A DNA stretch of 64,000 nt, taken from positions 59,683 through 123,682 of the forward strand of contig JBBRLJ010000009.1 in NCBI GenBank assembly GCA_038231435.1. Reading direction: 5' to 3'. Positions within the stretch are counted from its first letter, which is position 1. Each line of letters opens with the position of its first letter. A model generated the notes under the pieces. That model was not told the DNA's origin. It saw nothing but the letters and a program-made list of their open reading frames with translations, and did not search any database. Origin of the DNA: Planctomycetota bacterium. Its GTDB lineage: Bacteria > Planctomycetota > UBA11346. Below are positions 18,696-32,406 of the stretch, piece by piece. A program made the translations under genes and the position numbers.

Positions 18696-19963
18696 CCGTC
18701 TGGTTCGCCAAGGGTTCGTCCACCACCGTGCTCGGCGAAGACGATCTTCGCGCAGCACTCGCGTCGGTGTTCGCACGGCTCGGCGACAGGAAGAAGGTGC
18801 TCGCGGTACCGCCTGACATGACTCGCTTCAACAGCCGCGCCGGCATCCTCACGCGTATCGCCTACGAGCACTACGGCGACGCCATGACCGATGTGCTGCC
18901 GGCGCTGGGCACGCACGTGCCGATGCCCGATTGGCAGATCGCCAAGATGTACGCGGGCGTGCCCCGCTCGCTGTTCCGTGACCACGATTGGCGCAACGAC
19001 GTGGTCACCATCGGCACCCTGCCGGCCGAGTTCGTCAGGACCGCGACCGAGGGCATCTACGACAAGCCCTGGCCGGCGCAGCTGAACAAACTGGTCTGGC
19101 ATGGCGGCCACGACCTCATCCTCTCGATCGGCCAGGTGGTGCCGCACGAGGTCGCTGGCATGGCGAATGGCGCCAAGAACCTGTTCATCGGCACTGGCGG
19201 CGCCGACGGCATCAACGAGAGCCATTTCATCGGCGCAGCATACGGCATGGAGCGCATGATGGGCCGCGCCGACACGCCAGTGCGCCGCCTGCTCGACGAA
19301 GCCCAGAAGCGTTTCTGCGCGCATCTGCCCATCGTCTATGTGCTGACCGTCGTCGGCGCCCAGGCCGACGGCAGCCTGGTCACGCGCGGGCTGTTCGTCG
19401 GTGACGGTCCCGAATGCTTCGCCCTAGCTGCGAAGCTATCACTCGAGGTGAACTTCAGGCTCCTCGACGAGGAGATGGCCAAGGTGGTGGTGCTGCTCGA
19501 CCCCGAGGAATTCCACACCACCTGGCTGGGCAATAAATCCGTATACCGCACGCGCATGGCGATCGCGGACCGCGGTGAACTGGTGGTTCTCGCCCCGGGC
19601 CTGAAAGGGTTCGGCGAGGATCCCGAGATCGATCGGCTGATCCGCAAGTACGGCTACCGCACCACGCCCGAGGTCATGCGTTTCGTGGGCGAGAACGAGG
19701 ATCTGCGCGCGAACCTCTCGGCGGCGGCCCACCTCATCCACGGCTCGAGCGAGGGCCGTTTCAGCGTGACTTATTGCCCGGGCCACGTGTCGCGCGCTGA
19801 GATCGAAGGCGTCGGTTACCGCTACGCCGATCTCGCCGAGACCACGCGCCGCTACGATCCCGCGAAACTGAAGGACGGATGGAACGACGTCGCGGGCGAG
19901 CGCGTGTTCTTCATTTCGAATCCGGCGCTGGGACTGTGGGCTTATCGCGGCCGCTTCACCTGA
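18692..19963 (+). CDS. LarA-family (DUF2088) hydroxyacid racemase/epimerase
   Basis: 'VPPD.TR', 'PALGTH.PM', 'HDW', 'VVPHEVAG.ANG.KN'; ATGA overlap with the kinase gene. Confidence 0.8.
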   Translation: MTVWFAKGSSTTVLGEDDLRAALASVFARLGDRKKVLAVPPDMTRFNSRAGILTRIAYEHYGDAMTDVLPALGTHVPMPDWQIAKMYAGVPRSLFRDHDWRNDVVTIGTLPAEFVRTATEGIYDKPWPAQLNKLVWHGGHDLILSIGQVVPHEVAGMANGAKNLFIGTGGADGINESHFIGAAYGMERMMGRADTPVRRLLDEAQKRFCAHLPIVYVLTVVGAQADGSLVTRGLFVGDGPECFALAAKLSLEVNFRLLDEEMAKVVVLLDPEEFHTTWLGNKSVYRTRMAIADRGELVVLAPGLKGFGEDPEIDRLIRKYGYRTTPEVMRFVGENEDLRANLSAAAHLIHGSSEGRFSVTYCPGHVSRAEIEGVGYRYADLAETTRRYDPAKLKDGWNDVAGERVFFISNPALGLWAYRGRFT

Positions 19964-19987
19964 CCCTCGCCGACGTCACCACGGCAG

Positions 19988-20290
19988 CTACACGGGCTTC
20001 TTCGAGCCATCCAGGACATGCGCGTCGAACGCGTCGGCGATCTCTTGCAGGCGGTACTCGTGCTCGTCGAGCGCCTGCACGTACGCGTACAGGTAATAGC
20101 CGTCCTTCGAGCGGTTGAGCTCGGTCTTCATCATGCACTCCGGATCCTTGTACCGGAACGTGTAGGTGCCGGTCGGCTCGAAGCCGAGGTCGTTGAAGAC
20201 CGAGGTGAAGTGGTCGAGGTCATGGGTGAAGTCGACGATTTCCTTGGGGTCCAAGGAAATGGCGAACTTGCGGACGGTGATCGTGCCCAT
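19988..20290 (-). CDS. Hypothetical protein (100 aa, acidic/aromatic)
   Basis: MGTITVRKFAISLDPKE...; strong GC3 codon bias and normal globular composition. Confidence 0.75.
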   Translation of the reverse strand: MGTITVRKFAISLDPKEIVDFTHDLDHFTSVFNDLGFEPTGTYTFRYKDPECMMKTELNRSKDGYYLYAYVQALDEHEYRLQEIADAFDAHVLDGSKKPV

Positions 20291-20472
20291 GTACCGGGAG
20301 TGTACATCCAGCCAGCGAGCGCGGCAAGACAGCCTCGGGCGGTATGCGAGCACCAGCCCCTTAACACCCGCATTCCCCGATCAACACGGCCCTTGCATCC
20401 ACCCCCGATGCCTCGAGCCGGGCAGGCGGCGAAGCCCGCAGCCGGCAGTAGCGGCGAAGCCGCCGGTGGCCG

Positions 20473-21690
20473 TCAGCCCGAGCCGACGATCTCCGCCTCG
20501 CCCTTGGCGGTGCCGGTCGGGCTGAAGAAGTACTTCGGCCGGATGATCGGCGTACCCTTGCCTTGGCGGGCCTCGCAGCGCTCGTAGACGATCTGCGCGG
20601 CGATGCCGACGACGCGGCTGAGGCCGAAGAGCACGGTGTAGTAATCCGGATCGGTGAGGCCGCAGGCCATCAGCAGCGATCCGGAGGCGCTATCGACGTT
20701 CGGATGCGGATCGCTGATCTTGGGATTGGCCGCGAGGATCGGCGGCACCACCTCGGCGAGCAGTTTCACCATGCGGAAGTTGGGCTCATCTGGGCAGAGA
20801 TCCTCGCCGACGGCGCGCAGCACCTTGGCGCGCGGATCCTCGACCCGCAGCACCGCGTGACCGAAACCGTAGACGACTTCCTTGGCCGAGAGCTTCCGCT
20901 GGATGAGCTCGCGCACCGCGTCGGCATTCAGCTTGTCGCCGACCTTGGCGACGCACTCCTGCACAAACTCGAGGCATTCCTGGTTGGCCTTGCCATGCAA
21001 GGGGCCCGCGAGCCCTGCCATCGCCGCGCCCATGCTCTCGTACATGTCGGCCTTGCCCGACGCCACGGCCTTGCCGACGAAGGTCGAGAGGTTGCCGCCG
21101 CCGTGATCGAAATGCACGACGTCGAACACGCGCATCAGCTTGGTCAGCTTGCGCGTCTGCTCGGCGCCCAGGCCCGGTACGCCGAGCATGTACACGAAGT
21201 TCTCCATGTAGCCGAGATCGGCGCGCGGAGCGATCGGCTCTCCCCAGCCGGAACGGATGCGGAAGATCGCCGCGGTGAGCGCGGGGATCTTGGCGATGAG
21301 GTCGATGCACTCCGTGCGGTAGTCGCCCGAGGCGCAGACCATGCCCAACGCGTTGATCGCGTGGATGAACCATTTCATCGGATGGCCTGAACGCGGCAGC
21401 GCCTTCAGCGAATCGAATACCGCCTTCGGCACATCCTGGTTCGCCTTCAGCAGCTTCGAGAACTCGGCCGCCTGGGCGGGCGAAGGCAGGACCTTGTGCA
21501 GGAGCAGATGGATGACTTGCTCGGGATCGGTGTTCGCCAGCTCTTCCACGGGGTGACCGACGTAGAAGAGGCCCTTGGCCGCCTCGACCGAACTCGTGGT
21601 GCAGTAGCCGACTGGGACCCCGCGCAGGCCGGTCTCAAGCGTGTCCTTGGTGATCTCCATGAGCACCGCGCTCTTGGCGCCTTCCTTCAT
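20473..21690 (-). CDS. gltA: Citrate synthase (eukaryote-like motif set)
   Basis: 'DHGGGN', 'GPLHGKANQE', 'GFGHAVLR.EDPR', 'PNVD', 'YYTVLFGLSR'. Confidence 0.9.
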   Translation of the reverse strand: MKEGAKSAVLMEITKDTLETGLRGVPVGYCTTSSVEAAKGLFYVGHPVEELANTDPEQVIHLLLHKVLPSPAQAAEFSKLLKANQDVPKAVFDSLKALPRSGHPMKWFIHAINALGMVCASGDYRTECIDLIAKIPALTAAIFRIRSGWGEPIAPRADLGYMENFVYMLGVPGLGAEQTRKLTKLMRVFDVVHFDHGGGNLSTFVGKAVASGKADMYESMGAAMAGLAGPLHGKANQECLEFVQECVAKVGDKLNADAVRELIQRKLSAKEVVYGFGHAVLRVEDPRAKVLRAVGEDLCPDEPNFRMVKLLAEVVPPILAANPKISDPHPNVDSASGSLLMACGLTDPDYYTVLFGLSRVVGIAAQIVYERCEARQGKGTPIIRPKYFFSPTGTAKGEAEIVGSG

Positions 21691-21944
21691 GGCGTTCCCC
21701 TCGGTTCGGCAGGCAGTTGAGCTGGCCGTCAGCCCTGCCGTGGGACGGCAGACGCACAGGTCACGACGACCTCTGATCATACGTATTCGAAGCGCTCCGG
21801 CCTCGCAAAAATCGACACTGACACGTCCGCGTTTGGGTGCAAGCACAGGGGGCGCAGGTACGCACGGATGCGCTCCGCGACTGAACGCGATGCGCGCGGC
21901 ACATCGCCTTGTTCGCAGGCCGGTTCGATGAACAGTCCCGATCC

Positions 21945-22985
21945 GTGCCCGAACTGCAGCCTGCGCCGTCCACGCTCTACCGCCAGGTCTCCATCGCGGC
22001 CTGGGATTGCGTCAGCGTGGCCGGCGATGCCGAGGCCTCTTGGAGGGCGGTTCGAGACGGGCGCTCGGCGCTGATGCTGGTCGATGGCCGCTGGCGTGGC
22101 CGTCTCGACATGGCATCGGCCGTACCTGACGACCAGCTGCGCCTGCTCGCGATCTCCGCCGCGCGACGACCCTGGACGGCGATCGCAGGTGGCCGCGGTC
22201 CGGTGGCCTGGTCGGCGAGCACCAGCAAAGGGGACCCGTTGGCGCTCGACGCGGCGCTCGCCGGGGACTCGCGCCGGTTCATCGACAGCCTACCTGGGAT
22301 GCCCGGCCAACGCCTCGCGCGGGATCTCGGCGTCGATCCGCGGAACGATCCGCTGCTGCCCTGCCCGGTCGCCGCCGCATGCTCGACCGGCCTGTACGCT
22401 CTGCTCGCCGCCGCGGACTTGATGGAATCAGGGAGGTGCGCACGAGGATTGGCCGGAGCCGCAGACAGCTCGCTGACGCCGCTCTTGCTCGCTGGTTTCG
22501 ACGCGCTCGGGGTCGCGACCGGTGCACGTCGACCACTGGCCTTCGTCGATGATGGAGCCACGCCTACCGGATTCGCGCCCTCCGAGGGCGCAGGCTTCGT
22601 GGCCATGGCGCACGCGGGCCCATGGCGTCTGGTGGCAGGCGTCCGCCTCAGCGACGCCACCCATGAGACGCATTTCGGCGATCCACGCACCCTCGCCGGC
22701 TGCCTGGCGGCGCTGTGGAGGCACGCTCCCGAACCCGAGCTGATCATCACCCATGGCACCGGCACTGCCGCCGGGGATGCCTACGAGCGCGCCGGCTTGG
22801 ATGCCGGACCCTGGCGCGGGGCGCGGCGCATCCACTGCAAGCCGATCATCGGTCATAGCCTGGGCGCCAGCGGAGCGGTCGAACTAGCTCTCGGCCTGAG
22901 CTCGTCGGCAACGACGCTCTGGAAGATCAGCCTGGGCTTCGGGGGGCATCTGGCCGCGGTGGCGGTGCAGCGCATATCGGAATGA
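21945..22985 (+). CDS. Short FabF-like beta-ketoacyl synthase
   Basis: Cys-His-His triad: 'AAACSTG', 'THGTGT', 'K..IGHSLGASG'; also 'SLGFGG'. Start uncertain (21909 or 21945). Confidence 0.8.
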   Translation: MPELQPAPSTLYRQVSIAAWDCVSVAGDAEASWRAVRDGRSALMLVDGRWRGRLDMASAVPDDQLRLLAISAARRPWTAIAGGRGPVAWSASTSKGDPLALDAALAGDSRRFIDSLPGMPGQRLARDLGVDPRNDPLLPCPVAAACSTGLYALLAAADLMESGRCARGLAGAADSSLTPLLLAGFDALGVATGARRPLAFVDDGATPTGFAPSEGAGFVAMAHAGPWRLVAGVRLSDATHETHFGDPRTLAGCLAALWRHAPEPELIITHGTGTAAGDAYERAGLDAGPWRGARRIHCKPIIGHSLGASGAVELALGLSSSATTLWKISLGFGGHLAAVAVQRISE

Positions 22986-23222
22986 CCGTGCCGCTCCCAG
23001 CCGAATCCCACGCCCCGAAATTTCTTGAAAAGCAAATTTTTACGTCGATATGCCGCTAAAATCAACGAAGCAACCGGTACGGTTAAGCCCAAGCGCAGTT
23101 TTGCCGGAACATCACGGCGTTAGATTCTAAGTGCCTGTAAATCCTTATACTGTATGCGATCTGACGACCGTTACCATGGCCCTTGCTTTGCCGCTGGCGG
23201 CCGATATCTACACTCCTCACAA

Positions 23223-23238
23223 CGGCAATCCATTGCCG
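23223..23238. promoter_or_regulatory. Palindromic operator candidate CGGCAATCCATTGCCG
   Basis: Perfect 7-bp inverted repeat ending 7 nt before the NrpR-like start codon; GGCA-N6-TGCC. Confidence 0.55.
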
Positions 23239-23245
23239 ATAAGCC

Positions 23246-24415
23246 ATGCCTGACCGTACGGGAATCCTGCCGCAATCGCCCCGCCACGACGGGGATGAGG
23301 ATGAATCGCTGTTTCCAGCGGGCTCGGTGAAATCCGTATCCGCGGACGACATGCGTGACTTGCTACGCCAGCACGGTGAACGCTTCCAGCCCATCCTCGC
23401 CGCCCTGCGCGATCAACCGTGGAAGGAGCTCGTCACCACCCGCGATCTGATGGACAGCCTCTCGGCGCAGGGCCTCGACCTGTCCGAGCGCACGCTGCGC
23501 CTGTATCTCGCCGAGATGGCTGAGGTCGGCCTCATCGAACGTCACGGACGTCGTGGCTACAGCCTCGCCGAAGCCGGCGTCGAGGTCGCGCGCGAGCTCA
23601 CCATCTCGCGCCGGCTCGGCAGCATCCTCTACCGCATGGAGGAGACCATGTGCCAGACCAGCTTCGATCTCGCCAGCGGATCGGGTCTGGTCTCGATCAA
23701 TGCCTACGTCATCCCGCGGCGCTACGTGCTCGCCCTGTGCGATGAGCTCGAAGCGGTCTTCGCGGCCGGGCTCGCGGTGGGCTCGCGCGTGCTCGTGGCC
23801 GCGCCGGGCGAGGACATCCTCGGCCGCGTCGTGCCCCAGGACTGCATCGGGCTGGGGACCATGTGCTCGCTCACCCTGGCCGGCATGTTCATGCGCCGCG
23901 GCATTCCCAGCCATCCCATCTTCGGCGGTCTGTTGCATGTCGAAGCTGGTAAGCCCGAGCACTTCCTCGAGATGATCCGCTACGATGCGACCACGCTCAG
24001 CCCGAACGAGGTCTTCATTCGTGCGAATTTCACCAGCGTCTCGACCGCCGCGCGTACCGGCAAGGGCGCCATCACCGCGTCGTTCCGCGAAGTCCCGATG
24101 AGTGCGTTGCCGCGACTGCGCGAACTGGTGAAAGAGTGCGAGGACGCGCGCTTCCCCGGCATCATGCTGGTCGGTCGGCCAGGCCAGCCGGTGATGAACA
24201 TCCCCGTGCACGAGGGCCGCGTCGGCGTGGTGCTCGCCACCGGATTGAATCCGCTCGCCAGCCTGTGGGAGCTCGACCATCGCGGCGATGCGGTGCAGCT
24301 CGAGAGCTCGCGGCCGATGGTCGGACCCGCCCCCTACGAGAGCCTGATCCCCGTCGCGGATTTCCGCAAGCGCGCCACCGGCCTGGCCGGCGCCACCGCC
24401 TCCGCCTCCGCCTGA
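23246..24415 (+). CDS. nrpR: NrpR-family nitrogen regulator (wHTH + DUF128/NRD domain)
   Basis: HTH 'LSERTLRLYLAEM...GL', 'G.V.IN', 'GLGTMCSLT..G.....GIP', 'FGGLL', 'ASFREVP', 'GLNPLA'; directly upstream of gltBD. Confidence 0.78.
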   Translation: MPDRTGILPQSPRHDGDEDESLFPAGSVKSVSADDMRDLLRQHGERFQPILAALRDQPWKELVTTRDLMDSLSAQGLDLSERTLRLYLAEMAEVGLIERHGRRGYSLAEAGVEVARELTISRRLGSILYRMEETMCQTSFDLASGSGLVSINAYVIPRRYVLALCDELEAVFAAGLAVGSRVLVAAPGEDILGRVVPQDCIGLGTMCSLTLAGMFMRRGIPSHPIFGGLLHVEAGKPEHFLEMIRYDATTLSPNEVFIRANFTSVSTAARTGKGAITASFREVPMSALPRLRELVKECEDARFPGIMLVGRPGQPVMNIPVHEGRVGVVLATGLNPLASLWELDHRGDAVQLESSRPMVGPAPYESLIPVADFRKRATGLAGATASASA

Positions 24416-24527
24416 TCCCCATGACCGGAATCACCACATCTAGCCGCGCCAGCGCACGACCCGACTTCTCACGACCAGGCATCTTCACGATCAGCATCAC
24501 GACTAGCGTCACGAAAATGGACACGCC

Positions 24528-29111
<4,584 letters not shown>

Positions 29112-29173
29112 GCCCGCCATCGTCTCGAACCGGCACCGCCTCATCCGCACCAGCATCGTCGAAGGAATCCGTC

Positions 29174-30655
29174 ATGGGTGATCCCAAGGGCTTCATGAAG
29201 CATACCCGTCAGGTGCCCAAGTACCTGCCGGTGGATCTGCGCCTCGCCAATCACGAGGAGCACATCGAGGAGTTCAGCGAGGAGCAGGTGCAGACCCAAG
29301 CCAGCCGCTGCATGGACTGCGGCGTGCCCTTCTGCATGACCGGCTGCCCGCTCGGCAACCTCATCCCGGAATGGAACGACCTGGTCTTCCGCGGACGTTG
29401 GAAGGAAGCGCTCGCCGCGTTGCACGCCACCAACAATTTTCCCGAGTTCACCGGCCGTGTGTGCCCGGCGCCGTGCGAGAACTCGTGCGTGCTCGGCATC
29501 AACGAGCCCGCCGTAGCGATCAAGCTGCACGAGGTCTCGATCGTCGACAAGGGCTTCGCCATGGGCTGGATCAAGCCCACGCTGCCGCCCTCGCGCACCG
29601 GCAAGAAGGTGGCGATCATCGGCTCCGGACCCGCCGGGCTCGCTTGCGCGCAGCAACTCAACCGCGCCGGACATGCGGTGATGGTGTTCGAGAAATCAGA
29701 TCGCGCCGGCGGCCTGCTCATGTACGGCATCCCGCACTACAAGCTGCGCAAGGAGAAGGTGCAGCGCCGCGTCGACCTGTTGGTCGCCGAGGGCGTCGAA
29801 TTCACCTTCAGCTGCCATGTCGGCGTCGACGTCACCTGGGAGAAGCTGAAGGCGGATTACGACGCAACGGTGATCTGCACAGGCGCCGAGCAGCCCCGCG
29901 ATCTCGCCATCGAGGGCCGTGAGCTCGACGGCGTGCACTTCGCCATGGAATTCCTGCCGCAGTCCAATCGCCGCAACTGGGGCGACGAAGATCTCGCCGC
30001 GCTGCATCCGAAGAAGCAGGCCATCGGCGCCGCGCACAAGAAGGTGATCGTCATCGGCGGCGGCGATACCGGATCCGACTGCATCGGCACCTCGCTGCGG
30101 CAGGGCGCCGCGAACGTCATCAACTTCGAGCTCCTGCCCGAGCCCCCCGGCGCCCGCCCGAACAACAATCCTTGGCCTCAGTGGGCGCGCGTGAAGCGCA
30201 TCTCGTCCTCGGTCGAGGAGATGACCGCGAAGGGTGGTGATGTGACCTACTCGGTGGCGACCAAGCGCTTCACCGGCGAAGCGGGTAAGGTGACGGGCCT
30301 GGTGACCGTGAAGCTCGATTGGTCGTCGGGAAAACCAGTCGAAGTCCCCGGCTCCGAGGAGACCTACGGCTGCGATCTGGTACTGCTCGCAATGGGCTTC
30401 CTCGGACCGCGCAAGCTCGGCATCGTCGAGCAGATCGGCTGCGCGCTCGACCCGCGCTCCAACGTGCAGACCGATCCCGATACGCGCATGACCTCGGTGC
30501 CGGGCGTGTTCGCGGCCGGCGACGCTCGGCGCGGGCAGAGCCTGGTGGTATGGGCGATCAGCGAGGGCCGCGAGGTCGCACGCTGCGTGGATTCGTGGTT
30601 GATGAAACATGAATCCCTCCTACCAAGCGTGCGCATCGAGGCGTTCGCCTACTAG
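29174..30655 (+). CDS. gltD: Glutamate synthase small subunit
   Basis: 'RCMDCGVPFC..GCP', 'GRVCPAPCE', 'GSGPAG', 'GGGDTG.DC', 'GDARRGQSLVVWAI.EGR'. Confidence 0.98.
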   Translation: MGDPKGFMKHTRQVPKYLPVDLRLANHEEHIEEFSEEQVQTQASRCMDCGVPFCMTGCPLGNLIPEWNDLVFRGRWKEALAALHATNNFPEFTGRVCPAPCENSCVLGINEPAVAIKLHEVSIVDKGFAMGWIKPTLPPSRTGKKVAIIGSGPAGLACAQQLNRAGHAVMVFEKSDRAGGLLMYGIPHYKLRKEKVQRRVDLLVAEGVEFTFSCHVGVDVTWEKLKADYDATVICTGAEQPRDLAIEGRELDGVHFAMEFLPQSNRRNWGDEDLAALHPKKQAIGAAHKKVIVIGGGDTGSDCIGTSLRQGAANVINFELLPEPPGARPNNNPWPQWARVKRISSSVEEMTAKGGDVTYSVATKRFTGEAGKVTGLVTVKLDWSSGKPVEVPGSEETYGCDLVLLAMGFLGPRKLGIVEQIGCALDPRSNVQTDPDTRMTSVPGVFAAGDARRGQSLVVWAISEGREVARCVDSWLMKHESLLPSVRIEAFAY

Positions 30656-30669
30656 CATCCTGGCGCTGC

Positions 30670-30800
30670 GTGCGCCAGAATGCTCGTGCGCCAGAATGCT
30701 CGTGGTGCGGCGCCTTCGGCGCCGTCGGGCTTCGCCCGATTCGCCGCTGCGCGGCGGCACCTCCGTCCAGGCGGGGGGATCGAAAGCGATCCCCCGCTCC
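30670..30800. repeat. Tandem 16-mer followed by a hairpin cluster downstream of gltD
   Basis: GTGCGCCAGAATGCTC x2, then hairpins CGGCGCC-TTC-GGCGCCG, CGGGC-TTC-GCCCG and GGGGGATCG-AAAG-CGATCCCCC. Confidence 0.6.
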
Positions 30801-30947
30801 ACTACGCTTCGACTGTGGCTCATCTCCGTCCCCCCTCTGTGCCATACAAAGTTTTATTGGTGTCTGGAGGCGCTCCTGGCGAAATGCTTCCCGTCCGCAG
30901 GCCGTCTACGTGGTTTGATTGGACGAGGACGGCGCCATGGTTTGGGC

Positions 30948-31568
30948 ATGTACAATCCAGCGCAGTTCGTCGTCAGCGATCCTGACGTGTTGGTCGCGTT
31001 CATGCGGGCGCATGCATTCGCGACCCTGATGACGCGCGATGGCGAAGGGGACATGCGGGGGTCGCATATACCGTTGTTGGTTGAGCGTGAGGGCGGGCGG
31101 ATGCGCTTGCTCGGGCACATGGCGCGCGGAAATCCGGGTTGGCAGGACGGCGGGCGGCCGGTGCTGGCGATCTTCCACGGACCGCACGCGTTCGTATCGG
31201 CGGCGTGGTATGACGAGGCGGATACGGTGCCGACGTGGAATTACCAGGCGGTGCACGCGACCGGGACTCTCGCCGTGATCGAGGATGCGGCGCGCTGCCG
31301 GGAGATCATCGAGCGACTGGCTGTGGAGCACGACGCCGAGCTGGCCCGGCGCTGGCAGTCGCGCTTGTCGGATGGACTGCGGGAGAAGCTGATGGCGGCC
31401 ATCGTCTTCTTCTCGATCGAGGTCACCGAGCTCGAAGGCAAATGGAAGCTCAGCCAGAACCATACCCCCCAGCGGCGCCAGCGCGTCATCGACGAGCTGC
31501 GCAAGCGCGGCGGAGACGATCGCCGCGGAGTCGCGGACGCGATGGAGGCGACGCTCCCGTCAGCGTAA
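30948..31568 (+). CDS. FMN-binding split-barrel protein, PaiB family
   Basis: 'MYNP..F', 'SHIP', 'GHMARGNP', 'GPHAFVS..WY', 'VPTWNY..VH', 'GKWKLSQN'. Confidence 0.9.
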   Translation: MYNPAQFVVSDPDVLVAFMRAHAFATLMTRDGEGDMRGSHIPLLVEREGGRMRLLGHMARGNPGWQDGGRPVLAIFHGPHAFVSAAWYDEADTVPTWNYQAVHATGTLAVIEDAARCREIIERLAVEHDAELARRWQSRLSDGLREKLMAAIVFFSIEVTELEGKWKLSQNHTPQRRQRVIDELRKRGGDDRRGVADAMEATLPSA

Positions 31569-31639
31569 CCCGCACCGGAACGAAGCGAACCAGCGCCAAG
31601 CACCACGGCATCGCCCCCGAGTTAGGCCCGCAGAGCACT

Positions 31640-31803
31640 GGGGGCGATGCCCCCCATCCGGAGCGAAGCGACCGGGCGCCGAGTGGCGGTGGGCGGATAG
31701 AATGGGCGTAGCCCATCCGCCCACGTTGTCGCCGGCATCCGGCGACAACGTGCCACGACAAATCCCGTGGGGTAGGCCGCAGGCCGTAGGGGCGAAGCCC
31801 CTA
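31640..31803 (-). repeat. Structured 3'-UTR repeat, copy A (after leuD stop)
   Basis: Same ordered hairpin series as 45271-45430 and 53094-53487 (see findings). Confidence 0.75.
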
Positions 31804-32406
31804 GACGAAACCGCTGACGTAAGGCAGACCGGCGGCGGTTTTACGCACCGCATCCACGCCAGCCACGAGCTCGCCCGCGGCGTCCCACTGGCCGGTGAGG
31901 AACTGCTTCCTGGGTCCGTCGGCCATCTTCGCCGCGATCGTGGACGTACCGTAGCGGACCTCTCCCTTGGCGAGATCGACGGCGACCTGGATCTTCGGAT
32001 CCTTCTCGATCGCAGTCTGCAGGGCGTCGGCATCGACGGCTGCGACGTGCACGCAGGGCAGGCCCATCGCGACGCAGTTGCCGAAGAATATCTCGGAGAA
32101 GCTGACGCCGATGATGCCCGCGATGCCCCACTTGGCGATCGCCTGGGGGGCGTGCTCGCGCGAGGAGCCGCAGCCGAAATTGCTGTTCACCACCAGCACG
32201 TTGGCGCCAGCGAAGCGCTGGTCGTCGAACGCATGGGTCTTGCCCTGGGCGGTGAGCTGTTTGCGGTCATCCTCGAAGGCGTACTGGCCGAGACCGTCGA
32301 AAGTCACGCAGCGCAGGTAACGCGCCGGGATGATGCGATCGGTGTCGATGTCGTTGCCGCGCAAAGGTACGGCGCGGCCGACGATGGCGCTGATGACACT
32401 GCTCAT
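31801..32406 (-). CDS. leuD: 3-isopropylmalate dehydratase small subunit
   Basis: '[13 protein letters not shown]', '[12 protein letters not shown]', 'SFSEIFFGN'; ATGA overlap with leuC. Confidence 0.96.
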   Translation of the reverse strand: MSSVISAIVGRAVPLRGNDIDTDRIIPARYLRCVTFDGLGQYAFEDDRKQLTAQGKTHAFDDQRFAGANVLVVNSNFGCGSSREHAPQAIAKWGIAGIIGVSFSEIFFGNCVAMGLPCVHVAAVDADALQTAIEKDPKIQVAVDLAKGEVRYGTSTIAAKMADGPRKQFLTGQWDAAGELVAGVDAVRKTAAGLPYVSGFV

